DNA of 64,000 nucleotides from Pseudomonadota bacterium (GTDB lineage: Bacteria > Pseudomonadota > Alphaproteobacteria > Rhodobacterales > Rhodobacteraceae). Made by a program: the position numbers and the translations under genes. The stretch's first letter is position 1. Each line of letters begins with the position of its first letter. The notes under the pieces are model-generated. The model did not search any database, was not told the origin of the DNA, and worked only from the letters and a program-made list of their open reading frames with translations. Below, piece after piece: positions 26,696 to 37,800 of this stretch. The stretch covers positions 39,100 to 103,099 of the forward strand of contig JBCCVD010000012.1 in the NCBI GenBank assembly GCA_039195745.1. Reading direction: 5' to 3'.

Positions 26696-27472
26696 ATGAA
26701 ATGGGTCCTGCTCGCTCTTCTCGCGACTTACGTTGCCTATGCTTTGGTGATGATCTGGTTGCACCCGCGTTTCATCTACCCGTTTCAACCTGACGATGTT
26801 GTGCTTGATGGTTTCGAACGTGTGGAACTGGCAGGCGCAGATGGGACGCCGGTCTTCGTTCAGGAACGCAAAGGGTCGGGTCCGGCTGTGCTCTATTTCA
26901 TGGGCAATGCCGGAGCAGTTGCGTTTTTTGAAACGGCCTTTACGCCTCACCTTGCCGCTGATCGTCATGTCATCGCTTTGGAATATCGCGGCGGCGCGGG
27001 GCGGCCGGGTGTGCAAAGCGAAGCGGTTCTGAAATCCGACGCTCTTGTCGCTGCGGATTATGCACTTTCCAAATCAAAGCCGGTCGTGGCGCAGGGATAT
27101 TCGCTCGGCAGTGGGCTCGCGACATATGTGGCGGCGCGCCGCCTTTTGGACGGCGTGGTGCTCGTGGCCCCTTATGATCGGCTCTGCAGGCTTTTGAGCC
27201 AGCGCTCCTTTTTGCCAGCTTGCTATTTGCCTTTCGTTCAAAAATGGACATCCATTGATGAAGCGCGCCGCATCACGGTGCCAATTCACGTTTTGCACGG
27301 GTCGGACGACAATTTGATCCCACCACGCTACAGTGTGGCGTTCTCTGCGCTTCCAAACGTCACAAGACGCCTCATCGATGGGGCGGGCCACACCGATATC
27401 GGCCAGTTCGAAGACTATCAAACGGGCCTCGCAGGGGCGTTTGAAGATTTTTTGGCGCGGTCAGAGAGCTAA
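26696..27472 (+). CDS. Membrane-anchored alpha/beta hydrolase
   Basis: YFMGNAG, GYSLG nucleophile, HGSDD, GAGH; N-terminal TM. Confidence 0.88.
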   Translation: MKWVLLALLATYVAYALVMIWLHPRFIYPFQPDDVVLDGFERVELAGADGTPVFVQERKGSGPAVLYFMGNAGAVAFFETAFTPHLAADRHVIALEYRGGAGRPGVQSEAVLKSDALVAADYALSKSKPVVAQGYSLGSGLATYVAARRLLDGVVLVAPYDRLCRLLSQRSFLPACYLPFVQKWTSIDEARRITVPIHVLHGSDDNLIPPRYSVAFSALPNVTRRLIDGAGHTDIGQFEDYQTGLAGAFEDFLARSES

Positions 27473-27788
27473 ACCTGTCATTTAGTCAGAATTGCTGCCC
27501 TATCGTAATCCGACCCCAAAATTTAGGGGAAACCGAACCTTGTTCTCCCATTATATGGTAAAACCGTGGCTGCTAGGTTTTGGTTATGGAGCGCGGATCA
27601 TCATCCGCCTCCGTTGGGGAGTTATTCAGGCCAAGGACCCTTTGGAGAGCTGACAAAGCTTTCATGAAGGGCACGCTCGACCCCAAATCGAGCCTGTTGT
27701 CCACGGCCTACGCTGCCTAGTTACGAGTTCTGACGTGTGGGAGGGCGCCCGATCTCAATGGTCGGGTGTCTTCTTATGCGCAGCACCT

Positions 27789-30095
27789 TCACTCGCCATA
27801 CGGCACCCAAATGTTTTTCACCTCGGTGGATGCGGCCAGCATGTCTTTGTCTGACAGCAGGTCTGGTGCGATTAGAGTGCGCTTGAGATTGCTGGCCGAA
27901 GCACGCTCGATGACCTGTGCTAGCGATGTGGAAGAGAAGCTCCAGACCGCATCCACATCCATGTGCCGCGCCAGATGCGGTGCGAGCTCTGCATGCGACC
28001 CAGTCAGGATATTGACCACGCCTCCCGGCACATCCGAGGTTTCCAATACCTGAATGAAATCCGTAGCGGCCAATGGGAATGGCTCTGATGCGGTCAGAAC
28101 GATCCGGTTGCCCATGGCAATTGCAGGGGCCAGCGTGCCGACAAGGCCTGCCAGTGGCGCTGCATCCGGGCAAAACGCGCCGATGACACCAACTGGTTCC
28201 TTCATCGCCAAAGCCACGCCCCGGATCGGGACCCCGTGGACTTGCCCGTCATATTTGTCGGCCCAGGCCGCATAAGAGAAGAGCGTATTGATAGCAGTTT
28301 CCACCTCTGCCTTGCCGCCTTTGCCGGTCATGGCTTTGACACGGTCGGCGAATTCAGCCGCTCGCGCCGCAAGGTTCTCCGCCAGATAATAGAGAATTTG
28401 TGCGCGCAGATGGCCGGTTGTCTTCGACCACGCTTTCGCACTATGCGCGGCTTCAACAGCGTTGCGGATATCTTTGCGATTGGCGAGGCTGACCTCACCC
28501 AAAGCGGCACCTTTCGGCCCATAGACCATGCGTGAATAGCCACCATCGGGCCGGGCCTGTTTCCCGCCGATATAAAGCTTCGCTGTGCGGTCAATCGGAT
28601 CAGGCATCCCGCCTTTGCCCTCAAATGCGGCGACGGGTTTGACCGGTTTCGGCGCAGTTTTTGGCTTGGTATAGGCGCTCAGACTCTCCCAACCGCCTTC
28701 ACGCCCGAACCCGCTTTCGCGCACACCGCCAAAGCCCGCGGCTGCGTCAAACAGGTTGGTCGCATTCACCCAGACAATCCCGCTTACGAGCTTCGGCGCG
28801 ATGTCCAGCGCGAGGTTGATATTCTCTGTCCAGACCGTCGCGGCCAGCCCGTAGCGTGTGTCGTTGGCTATCGCGACGGCCTCCACAGGCGTGCGGAAGG
28901 TGGTGGAGACGAGAACAGGCCCGAAAATCTCTTCCTGCATCAAGGTTGAAGAGGTGCTAAGCCCCGTGATCAGGGTCGGTGGATAGAAGCAGCCCGCAGG
29001 GGCGGGACCGGCTTGAAAGGTCTCGCCCTCGGAATTTGCCTCTACCATGCCTTTGATCGTTGCCAATTGCGCCGGATCTACGACCGCGCCCACATCAATG
29101 CATTTGTCGAGCGGATCGCCGATACGCAGCCCTTCCATGCGGGTTTTCAGTTTGGCGTAGAACCGCTCTGCGACGCCTTCCTGCACCAACAAGCGCGAGC
29201 CTGCGCAGCAGACCTGACCCTGATTGAACCAGATCGCATCGACGAGCCCTTCAACGGCGCTGTCCAAATCCGCGTCGTCAAAGACGATGTAAGGCGACTT
29301 GCCGCCCAGCTCCAAGGTCAGCGCTTTGCCCGATCCTGCTGTCGCTTCGCGTATCTTGCGGCCCACGGAGGTCGAGCCGGTGAAAGCGATCTTGTCGACA
29401 TCGCTCGCAACAATCATCTCACCCACGGCGCCGTCGCCTGTGACGATGTTGATCACGCCCGGCGGCACGCCTGCCGCATCGCAAATCTCCGCAAACACCA
29501 TGGCCGAAAGCGAGGTGTATTCCGCGGGTTTCAGCACCACCGTGTTGCCCATCGCCAAGGCTGGCGCAATTTTCCATGAGAGCATCAGCAGCGGGAAATT
29601 CCACGGGATGATCTGCCCGCACACGCCCAGTGCCTCGCGGTCGGGCAGCTCGCTTTCCATCAGCTGCGCAAAGCCCGCGTGATGGTAGAAATGCCGGATC
29701 GCCAAGGGCACATCGATATCACGCGCTTCCCGGATCGGTTTGCCATTGTCGAGGCTCTCAATCACCGCCAGCAAGCGGCTATGTTTCTGCAGCCCCCGCG
29801 CAATCGCATAGAGCGCGCGCGCGCGCTTTTGAGGGTCCTTGCCCCAAGCCGTCTGCGCCTTGCGCGCGGCTTTCACTGCGCTTGTCACTTCCTCCGCCGT
29901 GGCTTGGGTCACCCCCGCCAAATTCTCCCCCGTTGCCGGATTCTTGCTCGCGAAATCATCGCGCAAAGGCCCCCATTTGCCACCAATAAAGTGCCCGGCA
30001 ATCCCGCCGCGGTCTCTTAGCCAAGCCAATGCCTCAGACGCGCTTTCAGGCGCAGGGCCGTACTCCATCGTCTCGAATATTTTTTTTACGGTCAT
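27789..30095 (-). CDS. ALDH16-type aldehyde dehydrogenase (full ALDH plus extra Rossmann-like module)
   Basis: IPWNFP, ELGGKSP, NQGQVCC, EEIFGPV in the first ~480 aa; second ALDH-like N-domain without catalytic domain in the last ~270 aa. Confidence 0.88.
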   Translation of the reverse strand: MTVKKIFETMEYGPAPESASEALAWLRDRGGIAGHFIGGKWGPLRDDFASKNPATGENLAGVTQATAEEVTSAVKAARKAQTAWGKDPQKRARALYAIARGLQKHSRLLAVIESLDNGKPIREARDIDVPLAIRHFYHHAGFAQLMESELPDREALGVCGQIIPWNFPLLMLSWKIAPALAMGNTVVLKPAEYTSLSAMVFAEICDAAGVPPGVINIVTGDGAVGEMIVASDVDKIAFTGSTSVGRKIREATAGSGKALTLELGGKSPYIVFDDADLDSAVEGLVDAIWFNQGQVCCAGSRLLVQEGVAERFYAKLKTRMEGLRIGDPLDKCIDVGAVVDPAQLATIKGMVEANSEGETFQAGPAPAGCFYPPTLITGLSTSSTLMQEEIFGPVLVSTTFRTPVEAVAIANDTRYGLAATVWTENINLALDIAPKLVSGIVWVNATNLFDAAAGFGGVRESGFGREGGWESLSAYTKPKTAPKPVKPVAAFEGKGGMPDPIDRTAKLYIGGKQARPDGGYSRMVYGPKGAALGEVSLANRKDIRNAVEAAHSAKAWSKTTGHLRAQILYYLAENLAARAAEFADRVKAMTGKGGKAEVETAINTLFSYAAWADKYDGQVHGVPIRGVALAMKEPVGVIGAFCPDAAPLAGLVGTLAPAIAMGNRIVLTASEPFPLAATDFIQVLETSDVPGGVVNILTGSHAELAPHLARHMDVDAVWSFSSTSLAQVIERASASNLKRTLIAPDLLSDKDMLAASTEVKNIWVPYGE

Positions 30096-30301
30096 GACGA
30101 GGTCCCTGGCGCAGTAAGTGTAAGAAACGCTATCAAAATTGCTAACGCAGCAATCAATGTAGAAGCTGTGCGAATTCGCCTTTTGCGTTTCGCTGGTGGA
30201 AAACTTTCATCCCACTTCATTGGGGCAAAGAAAGACCAAACGAAGAAGCCGACATAAGAAAACGCTAAGATCCCAAATAGGTATGTCAGCAAAATTGTCA
30301 T
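30092..30301 (-). CDS. 69-aa 2-TM hypothetical protein inserted between deoC and the ALDH gene
   Basis: Starts 4 nt after the deoC stop; ATGA overlap with the ALDH start; sampled line 42% GC. Confidence 0.6.
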   Translation of the reverse strand: MTILLTYLFGILAFSYVGFFVWSFFAPMKWDESFPPAKRKRRIRTASTLIAALAILIAFLTLTAPGTSS

Positions 30302-30305
30302 AGCC

Positions 30306-31298
30306 TTATCCCATCGGATGGCGGTAGGAGGCGGAATAAGCGCCGGTGACGTGATGCTCTAGCTGGCGTTCGATGTCATTGAGCAAAGACGAGGCCCCAA
30401 AGCGGAACAAATCGGGCTGCAGCCAGCGATTGCCCAGCTCGTCTTTCATCAGGGCCAGATAGGTCACAGCGTCCTTGGCTTTGGAAATGCCACCCGCCGG
30501 TTTGTAGCCCACATGGATGCCCGTGGCGTCAAAATAGTCGCGGATCGCACGGATCATCACCAAGGACACTGGCAGCGTCGCATTCACGCTTTCTTTGCCC
30601 GTCGATGTCTTGATGAAATCGGCGCCCGCCATCATGCAAATCAGCGAGGCGCGGGCCACGTTGCGCAAGGACCCCAGTTCCCCCGTCGCAAGGATTGCCT
30701 TCACATGCGCATCGCCGCAGGCCGCGCGGAAGGCGCGCATCTCGTCATAGAGCGCCTGCCAGTTCTGCGTCAGCACATGGCGTCGGGAAATGACAATGTC
30801 GATCTCTCTCGCGCCCGCTTTGACGCTTTCCTCGATCTCCGAGACGCGCAGATGGAACGGGGACAGACCCGCCGGAAAACCGGTTGAGACAGCAGCCACA
30901 GGGATGCCGGACCCTTCCAGCGCATCGACAGCCGTGGAAATCATATCGTGATAGACGCAGATCGCGCCGGTTGTGATGCCACTCACCCCGAGTTGATCCA
31001 GAATGTCCGCGCGCACCGGTTGGCGTGCTTTGGCGCAAAGCCGCTTCACACGGCTCGCTGTATCATCGCCTGACAGTGTTGTCAGATCAATGCAGGTCAC
31101 TGCCTTCAACAACCACGCGGCCTGATGGTCTTTCTTCACACTGCGGCGTCCGGGCAAGCTCGCCGCGCGGCGTTCTATGGCGGATGTATTGGCCTGCACC
31201 CGCGCGACCCAGTCAAGGTCCAGCGCAATGCCTTCATTGCGGGGCAGGTGAACTTGCGGCAATTGCGCGGTTGCGATGTCGGTGGCTGTCTCGGCCAT
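30306..31298 (-). CDS. deoC: Deoxyribose-phosphate aldolase
   Basis: IDLTTLSGDD, VAAVSTGFP, ADFIKTSTGK (Schiff-base Lys), KPAGGI, FRFGASSLL. Confidence 0.95.
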   Translation of the reverse strand: MAETATDIATAQLPQVHLPRNEGIALDLDWVARVQANTSAIERRAASLPGRRSVKKDHQAAWLLKAVTCIDLTTLSGDDTASRVKRLCAKARQPVRADILDQLGVSGITTGAICVYHDMISTAVDALEGSGIPVAAVSTGFPAGLSPFHLRVSEIEESVKAGAREIDIVISRRHVLTQNWQALYDEMRAFRAACGDAHVKAILATGELGSLRNVARASLICMMAGADFIKTSTGKESVNATLPVSLVMIRAIRDYFDATGIHVGYKPAGGISKAKDAVTYLALMKDELGNRWLQPDLFRFGASSLLNDIERQLEHHVTGAYSASYRHPMG

Positions 31299-31432
31299 GA
31301 TCACACCTTTGGGTTATGAGAGGTCAGAACCTCTCATGCTGCGTCCTCAAGCGCAAGATAATCACGGCGGAAACTGGTTTCCAAATCTCATTGCGCCCGT
31401 TAGGAACGCGAGCAAACACAAGGAGACCCGCC

Positions 31433-32110
31433 ATGGCTTTCGACCGCTCCATCAAGATCGCACCGTCCATTCTGTCAGCTGATTTCGCGAATTTCGGGTT
31501 GGAATGTGAGGCCATCGAAGCGGAAGGTGCGGATTGGATCCATGTCGACGTGATGGACGGGCATTTCGTGCCCAATATCACCTTTGGACCTGCGACTTGC
31601 AAAGCGATCCGGCCCCATATCAAGACCGTCATGGATGTGCATCTGATGATGGCGCCGGTCGATCCTTACATTGAGGCCTTTGCCGAGGCTGGAGCGGACG
31701 TGATCACCGCCCATGTCGAGGCGGGACCGCATATCCACCGCACGGTGCAAGCCATTCGTGGGGCAGGGGCCAAGGCAGGTGTCGCGCTGAACCCAGGAAC
31801 AGATTTGGGTGACATTTATTATCTGCTGGATATGGTCGATCTGGTTTGCATCATGACGGTGAACCCCGGGTTTGGAGGGCAGAAATTCATTCACTCCCAG
31901 ATCGAAAAGGTGCGTCAGTTGCGCGCGATGATCGGAGATCGGCCAATTCATATCGAAATTGACGGCGGCGTGACACCAGAGACCGCACCATTGGTTGCTG
32001 AGGCTGGGGCAGATGTGCTGGTCGCCGGTTCTGCCGTGTTCAAAGGAGGCAGCGTGTCGAACCCTGCGCCCTACGGCGAGAATATGGCGGCCATTCGCGC
32101 CGCGATTTAG
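31433..32110 (+). CDS. rpe: Ribulose-phosphate 3-epimerase
   Basis: IAPSILSADF, HVDVMDGHFVPN, MTVNPGFGGQ, IEIDGG; AAGGAG RBS before ATG 31433. Confidence 0.96.
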   Translation: MAFDRSIKIAPSILSADFANFGLECEAIEAEGADWIHVDVMDGHFVPNITFGPATCKAIRPHIKTVMDVHLMMAPVDPYIEAFAEAGADVITAHVEAGPHIHRTVQAIRGAGAKAGVALNPGTDLGDIYYLLDMVDLVCIMTVNPGFGGQKFIHSQIEKVRQLRAMIGDRPIHIEIDGGVTPETAPLVAEAGADVLVAGSAVFKGGSVSNPAPYGENMAAIRAAI

Positions 32111-32244
32111 CGTGTCATAAGTCGTCAGACGCATTCCTGAAAGTCTGATGCAAATCGCACAAAGGCTCTGCGGATTTGCAGTGAAAACACATCTTTCCCT
32201 CGCTTGAGCCGCAGCTTACTGTGCAGTCATGTAGGAGGAACGCA

Positions 32245-33171
32245 ATGGCTGCGATCGTCTCAGTTCATCAGATTAACAAAACATATGAAGGCGGATTTGA
32301 GGCACTCAAATCCGTGTCGCTGGACATCGAAGAAGGCGAAATCCTGGCTTTGCTCGGACCGAACGGAGCCGGAAAAACAACCTTGATTTCAACGATTTGC
32401 GGCATGGTGAGCCCAACCAGCGGCCGCGTGACAGTGGGCGGGTTTGATATCATTGAAGAGTATCGTGCCTCTCGTCGCCTGATCGGCTTGGTTCCGCAGG
32501 AAATTAATCTCGAGCCGTTCGAGCGCGTCTTGAACACAGTGCGTTTCTCACGTGGATTGTTTGGCAAGCCGCGTGATGACGCAAGGCTGGAGCAAATCCT
32601 GCGGCAACTCTCGCTTTGGGATAAGAAAGACGCGCGCATCATGGAGCTTTCGGGCGGTATGAAACGCCGCGTTTTGATCGCCAAAGCGCTGAGCCATGAT
32701 CCGCGCGTGCTGTTTCTGGATGAGCCGACAGCGGGTGTCGATGTCGAGTTACGCAAAGATATGTGGGAGATCGTGCGCGGTCTAAAAGCGGATGGCGTGA
32801 CGATTATCCTGACCACGCATTACATCGAAGAGGCGGAAGCGATTGCAGACCGTGTCGGTGTTATCTCCAACGGTGAAATCCTGCTGGTCAAAGAGAAGGC
32901 TGCGCTGATGGCGCAGATGGGCCGCAAGGAGTTGTCCATTGAGTTGCAGTCGCCCGTCACGTCGATCCCAGAGGCTTTGGGATCGTATCACCTTCACCTC
33001 GCAGATGACGGAAAAAGCGTCACCTACAGTTACGATACAAGCGCAGAGCGTACCGGCATCACGCAGCTTCTGGGTGATTTGGCGAAGGCAGGTTTGGTGT
33101 TGAAGGACGTCTCTACCAGCCAGTCTTCGCTCGAAGATATTTTCGTTGGTCTGGTGGAGGACGCGCGATGA
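32245..33171 (+). CDS. ABC-2 exporter ATP-binding protein (YadG-like)
   Basis: [23 protein letters not shown]; ATG 32245 after AGGAGG. Confidence 0.92.
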   Translation: MAAIVSVHQINKTYEGGFEALKSVSLDIEEGEILALLGPNGAGKTTLISTICGMVSPTSGRVTVGGFDIIEEYRASRRLIGLVPQEINLEPFERVLNTVRFSRGLFGKPRDDARLEQILRQLSLWDKKDARIMELSGGMKRRVLIAKALSHDPRVLFLDEPTAGVDVELRKDMWEIVRGLKADGVTIILTTHYIEEAEAIADRVGVISNGEILLVKEKAALMAQMGRKELSIELQSPVTSIPEALGSYHLHLADDGKSVTYSYDTSAERTGITQLLGDLAKAGLVLKDVSTSQSSLEDIFVGLVEDAR

Positions 33172-33929
33172 ACTATCAGGCCGTCAAGGCGATCTACTTG
33201 TTCGAAATGGCGCGTTTTTTCCGCACTTTGATGCAGAGCTTCATTTCTCCTGTGATCTCGACCTCTCTGTATTTCGTTGTCTTTGGGACTGCGATTGGCA
33301 GCCGGATCGAAAGCGTGGAAGGGATCAGCTATGGTGCCTTTATCGTGCCGGGTCTGGTGATGCTGTCTGTGATGACGCAAGCCACGGCAAACGCGTCCTT
33401 CGGAATTTACTTCCCCAAATTTCTCGGAACGATTTACGAGATGCTCTCTGCGCCGGTGTCGTTTTTCGAGATCGTCATCGGCTATGTAGGTGCCGCGGCC
33501 ACCAAGGCGCTGTTCATCGGCTGTGTGATCCTCGGCACCGCATGGTTTTTCGTGGACATCTCATTCGCCCATCCCGGCGCAATGATGGCGTTTTTGCTGA
33601 TGACGTGTGTGAGTTTCTCGTTGCTTGGGTTTATCATCGGCATCTGGGCGCAGAATTTCGAGCAGCTACAGCTGATACCGTTGCTCGTCATCACGCCGCT
33701 GGTGTTTCTTGGCGGGGCGTTCTACGGCATTTCGATGTTGCCACCTGTCTGGCAATCCATCTCGATGTTCAATCCGGTTGTCTACTTGATCTCCGGATTT
33801 CGGTGGTCATTCTTCGGAACGGCGGATGTGCCCATTGGCATCAGTCTGATAGCAATCATGTTTTTCATGGCCGCCTGCCTTGGTGTCATCTGGTGGATCT
33901 TCAAAACCGGATACCGGCTCAAGAACTGA
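33168..33929 (+). CDS. ABC-2 exporter permease (YadH-like)
   Basis: [35 protein letters not shown]; ATGA overlap. Confidence 0.9.
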   Translation: MNYQAVKAIYLFEMARFFRTLMQSFISPVISTSLYFVVFGTAIGSRIESVEGISYGAFIVPGLVMLSVMTQATANASFGIYFPKFLGTIYEMLSAPVSFFEIVIGYVGAAATKALFIGCVILGTAWFFVDISFAHPGAMMAFLLMTCVSFSLLGFIIGIWAQNFEQLQLIPLLVITPLVFLGGAFYGISMLPPVWQSISMFNPVVYLISGFRWSFFGTADVPIGISLIAIMFFMAACLGVIWWIFKTGYRLKN

Positions 33930-34733
33930 TTACGATGGAGCTGCGGCCAGAAGCTCGTCCAACTGGGTGGCGAACCAACCGCGAGGGATGAAATGGCCGC
34001 GGGGGTGCTGGTCGAATACGACTTTGCCGGATGTGCAATCCTCCCAAATCGTGCGTGTGAAAACGTCCTTGCTCGTGGTCGAATAGGTCGTGGTACCCGT
34101 CGGCTGGTCGCACCCCAGCCTGTCGCGCCACAGGGCCACGGGATAAAGCTCATCCCCATCTGGGCCAAAAGGGTAGTCCAGCACAGTGTCACGAAGCCCA
34201 TGGACGTGGCGGACCTCCTGTGGGGCTGTTGCGCAATCTTCGTTTTGGTTCAGCGTGCCAGAGACGGCCAGCAAAGCGCGCACCTGAGAGCCATTTTCAC
34301 AGGCATAACGCCATGCCATTGCGGAACCATAGGAATATCCAGAGACAAAAATTTGCGAACGATCTATCGGATAGCGCGTTGCAGCATCCTCGATCACAGC
34401 TGCGGCGAATTCCGTGTCGGGGGAGCCGTCATGCCAGAAATCCCATGTCTTGTTCACACCGTTTGGCGCAAGCAACAGCACGCCGCGTTTGCGGGTTGCG
34501 CCGGAGATGCGGCCGTGCTTCACGATCAACGTGCCCTGTCTGGCCCAACCGTGAAAATGCAGCATAACGGGCAAGGGGGTCACACCGTCCCAGTCATCAG
34601 GGGGTTTGACATGATATGACCTGTCGCCAAGAACACAGGGCGTCTGCTCAATGCAAGGCGCAACACTGTCATCAGCAGCAAGTGAAATGCTGGGTAAAAC
34701 AGCGGCCAAGCAGGCCAATGCGAAGCTTTTCAT
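33930..34733 (-). CDS. Secreted esterase (PHB depolymerase/LpqC-like)
   Basis: Signal peptide from ATG 34733; HFHGW, IDRSQIFVSGYSYG (GxSxG), HGLRD, C-terminal GH. Confidence 0.75.
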   Translation of the reverse strand: MKSFALACLAAVLPSISLAADDSVAPCIEQTPCVLGDRSYHVKPPDDWDGVTPLPVMLHFHGWARQGTLIVKHGRISGATRKRGVLLLAPNGVNKTWDFWHDGSPDTEFAAAVIEDAATRYPIDRSQIFVSGYSYGSAMAWRYACENGSQVRALLAVSGTLNQNEDCATAPQEVRHVHGLRDTVLDYPFGPDGDELYPVALWRDRLGCDQPTGTTTYSTTSKDVFTRTIWEDCTSGKVVFDQHPRGHFIPRGWFATQLDELLAAAPS

Positions 34734-34801
34734 GCAGGCATTTCCTTCAAAGATGTACCACATGTAACGTCTGATCTGATCAAACGGCAGTCAAAACTCC
34801 G

Positions 34802-37800
34802 TCATGTATCCTTGCTGTCATTTACGGTCAGTGTCCCGTAGTAATCTGTGACCTGGCCATCGTCCCTTTTGGTTGCGGACATGTTGATCGTGATTACGGC
34901 TTTGTCCCCGTTTCCAAGGGTGGCCTTGAAGTCTTCCACGAATGGCGTGCCGTTTTCCACAGTGTCTTGCCGCGCGGCGGCGAAGCGATCCTGATCAGCA
35001 GGGTCGACCATTTTGTGCACGAGTTCGAATGATCCCGGCGTCTGCGTATCCACCCGCAAAACCCGATAGGTGCTCGCGCTCCAATACGCATCACCCGTCA
35101 GCACATCGAAGGAGAAGAACCCGATATCCCCTTCATTGATAATGGCTTCGACCTCATGCAGGTGCTTTTGCGTAGAAAATTCCGCGCTGATATCTCGGAA
35201 CGATCCGACAAGCGCGCCCACCTTTCCACTGTTGTCAATGGTTGGGGCACCCATCGAACGTACCCAAATGACATCGCCATCTTCGCGCAGCAATCGACAT
35301 CTGAACTCGAACGGTTTCAGGTCTTCAATTGAGGTCTCCAATGCCTGACGCACAGTGTCGCGATCATCTTCATGATAGTGGTTGATCCCGTCCTCTAGGG
35401 TCGGCTGATAATCTGCAGAATTTCTACCGTGGATCTCATACACTCTTTCGGACCAGTGCACGGAGTTGGATTTCAGGTCCACGCGCCAATATCCAGTGTC
35501 GGACATTTCCTGCATCATTTCCAGTGACTTGGTCCGCTGATCGGCGTCTTTCGTGGCTTCGATGATCTCTGTGACGTCATTCCCGACGATGACAACGATG
35601 ACGCGTCCCGTGGCAGGGTCAGTATAGGCATGGCGCATCGCAGCGAGCCAAACCGTGCCGCCATTTGGATGTTGTAACTGGATCGCGCCATCGGTTGGCT
35701 CGCCATCAAGCAATTGGCGTAACCCGTTTTCATCACCCACTTTCGCTTGCGACAGCACTTTGCTGACCGGTGTCCCGATCGCCTCGCCCTGATTGATCCC
35801 GAGCAGCTCTGCCATGCGTTTGCTGACACGCGTGACATCCCCGGTCTCGTCATGCTGAAGCATGTAGATCGGCGCATTGTTCAAAAGTTGATGAAGTTCA
35901 TTCGCAAGTGACTGCGTCGCCGGAGATTGCAGGAACACCAGGGTTGTCCCGATGATCTGACCGCCATTTCCGGTAAAGGGCGCACATTGCAGCGTGAACG
36001 GCCCGCCCGAGGTCTCGAAATCGCGGGTCACAGGGCTGCCAAGCTGCAGCGCTTCGTTGCTGATTTCCACCAGTTTGGGGAAGCCTTCCGGCAAATGAAT
36101 TTGGCTGAGATGCGGATTGCGCAATGGGGGCGCGATATTGAACAGTTGCATCGCAGCATTTGACGCTCGGGCAACCTGCAGCGCATTGTCGAGCACCAAT
36201 AGCGGAATTGGCACGTTGCCAAGCAAAGAGCCGAGCTCTGCGTTGAGCCCCATCAATTCGGAAGAGTTCACCTGCAACTCTTCATTGACTGTGATCAGTT
36301 CCTCATTGGTGGATTGCAGCTCTTCGTTCGAGGTCTCCAACTCTTCGTTGGTGGCTTGCAACTCCTCGTTGGTCGACTGCAATTCCTCGCTAAGTGCCTG
36401 TAGTTCCTCGTTTGAAGTCTCAAGCTGTTGGATCGTCTGTTGCAACGCCTCGCGTGCATTCGCAAGCTCTTGGTCAAGATCGCGCAGCTGGTCATCTGGC
36501 ATGTTCAGGCGCAGATCGGACGGTTCGATCCCCAGCTTTTCATACTCCTCTTTCGACCAGGAATTGATGACGACGAGCGCCAGCTGGTCGTCAATCGCAG
36601 GCGCCTGGATCGGCAATGCTTCCAGCCGCACCATCCGACCGTTATCCTCGATCATCCGATGCTTTGAGCCCATGCGCCGCTCATCATGTTTGAGCGCAAG
36701 CGTCACAAGGCTCCGAGCTTCTTCGCGGAAGGGCGGTTTCAATAGGCTCAATTGCAAAGACAGCGTGCTGTCTTCGGTCAGGTTCACATAGGGTGTGATG
36801 TCGCCATAGACCCGCAGGAAGTTGTACTCTGACGAGACGAGGATCGAGTTTTCGCCAAGAGAGCGCGCCAAAGCATCGAACATAATCCGCTCCGACGGTG
36901 ACCCTTGCGGCTCCCGGCTTTGGGCCGGCGCGGTTTGGCGAGGCGGGGCGGGGACCCATTTGCTGGGGAATGCTTTCTGGGTCACACGGTCTTTGCGACG
37001 TAACTCCCGCTTGCGGAAGATATGCGGATTGCCAGCGACTTCTACGAACAGCTGATCAGACCCGGTGACACTCTCGGCCGTGCCCAGAAACAGATAGCTG
37101 CCTTGTTTCATCGCATAATGAAGCCGGGCAAAGACCTTCACCTGAAGCTTGGCAGAGAAGTAGATCAACAGGTTCCGGCAGCAGATCAGATCCATGTTTA
37201 GGAAAGGCGGGTCCTGACAGAGGTTGTGATCGGAAAACTGAATGACCGAACGCAAGGCCTCGATTACGCGGACGCGTTCAGCTTGTTGGATAAAATACTT
37301 GTCCGCCAAGTCTTTGGGCACATCCAGCAAGGAACCTTGGGAATAGGTGCCACGCCGCGCATAATCCAGTGCAGCCCGGTCGATATCGGTGGCAAAGATC
37401 TGCGTCTTGGAGCGCACCAACTCCGCCGCGCCACCCATGGCTTCTGCCAGCATGATGGCGATTGAGTAGACTTCTTCCCCCGTTGCGCAGCCCGCGACCC
37501 AAATGCGCAGCGGCCTGTTGTTGCTGTGATCCACAAGCTCCTGAATTTGCGGCTCTAACTTCTCAAACTCTTCCCGGTCGCGGAAGAACCGCGTCACGGA
37601 GATCAGCAAGTCCTTGAATAGCGCGTCGACTTCCGGTGGTTCGTTGCGGCAATAGACGACGTAATCCTCAACGGTCGACAGGCCCAAAACCGTCATCCGC
37701 CGGTCAATTCGGCGCAACACTGTAGATTGCTTGTATTCGCGGAAATCCACGCGCGTGCGGGCGAGAACGATCCGCAAAACATCCGAGATCGGAGATACTT

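Noticed and set aside
27473-27788. 316-nt gap between convergent genes as an sRNA or pseudogene
   Set aside because: No convincing ORF, repeat or stable structure recognised by eye.
32149-32180. TGCAAATC/GATTTGCA hairpin sharing a 9-mer with the 9784 repeat end
   Set aside because: The rest of the 27-mer is absent; more likely a local terminator or operator between rpe and the ABC-2 operon.
36273-36420. 21-nt periodic repeat as a CRISPR or VNTR
   Set aside because: Degenerate at third codon positions and in frame; it encodes the standard CheBR coiled coil. No repeat-spacer array or cas gene was seen anywhere in the window.
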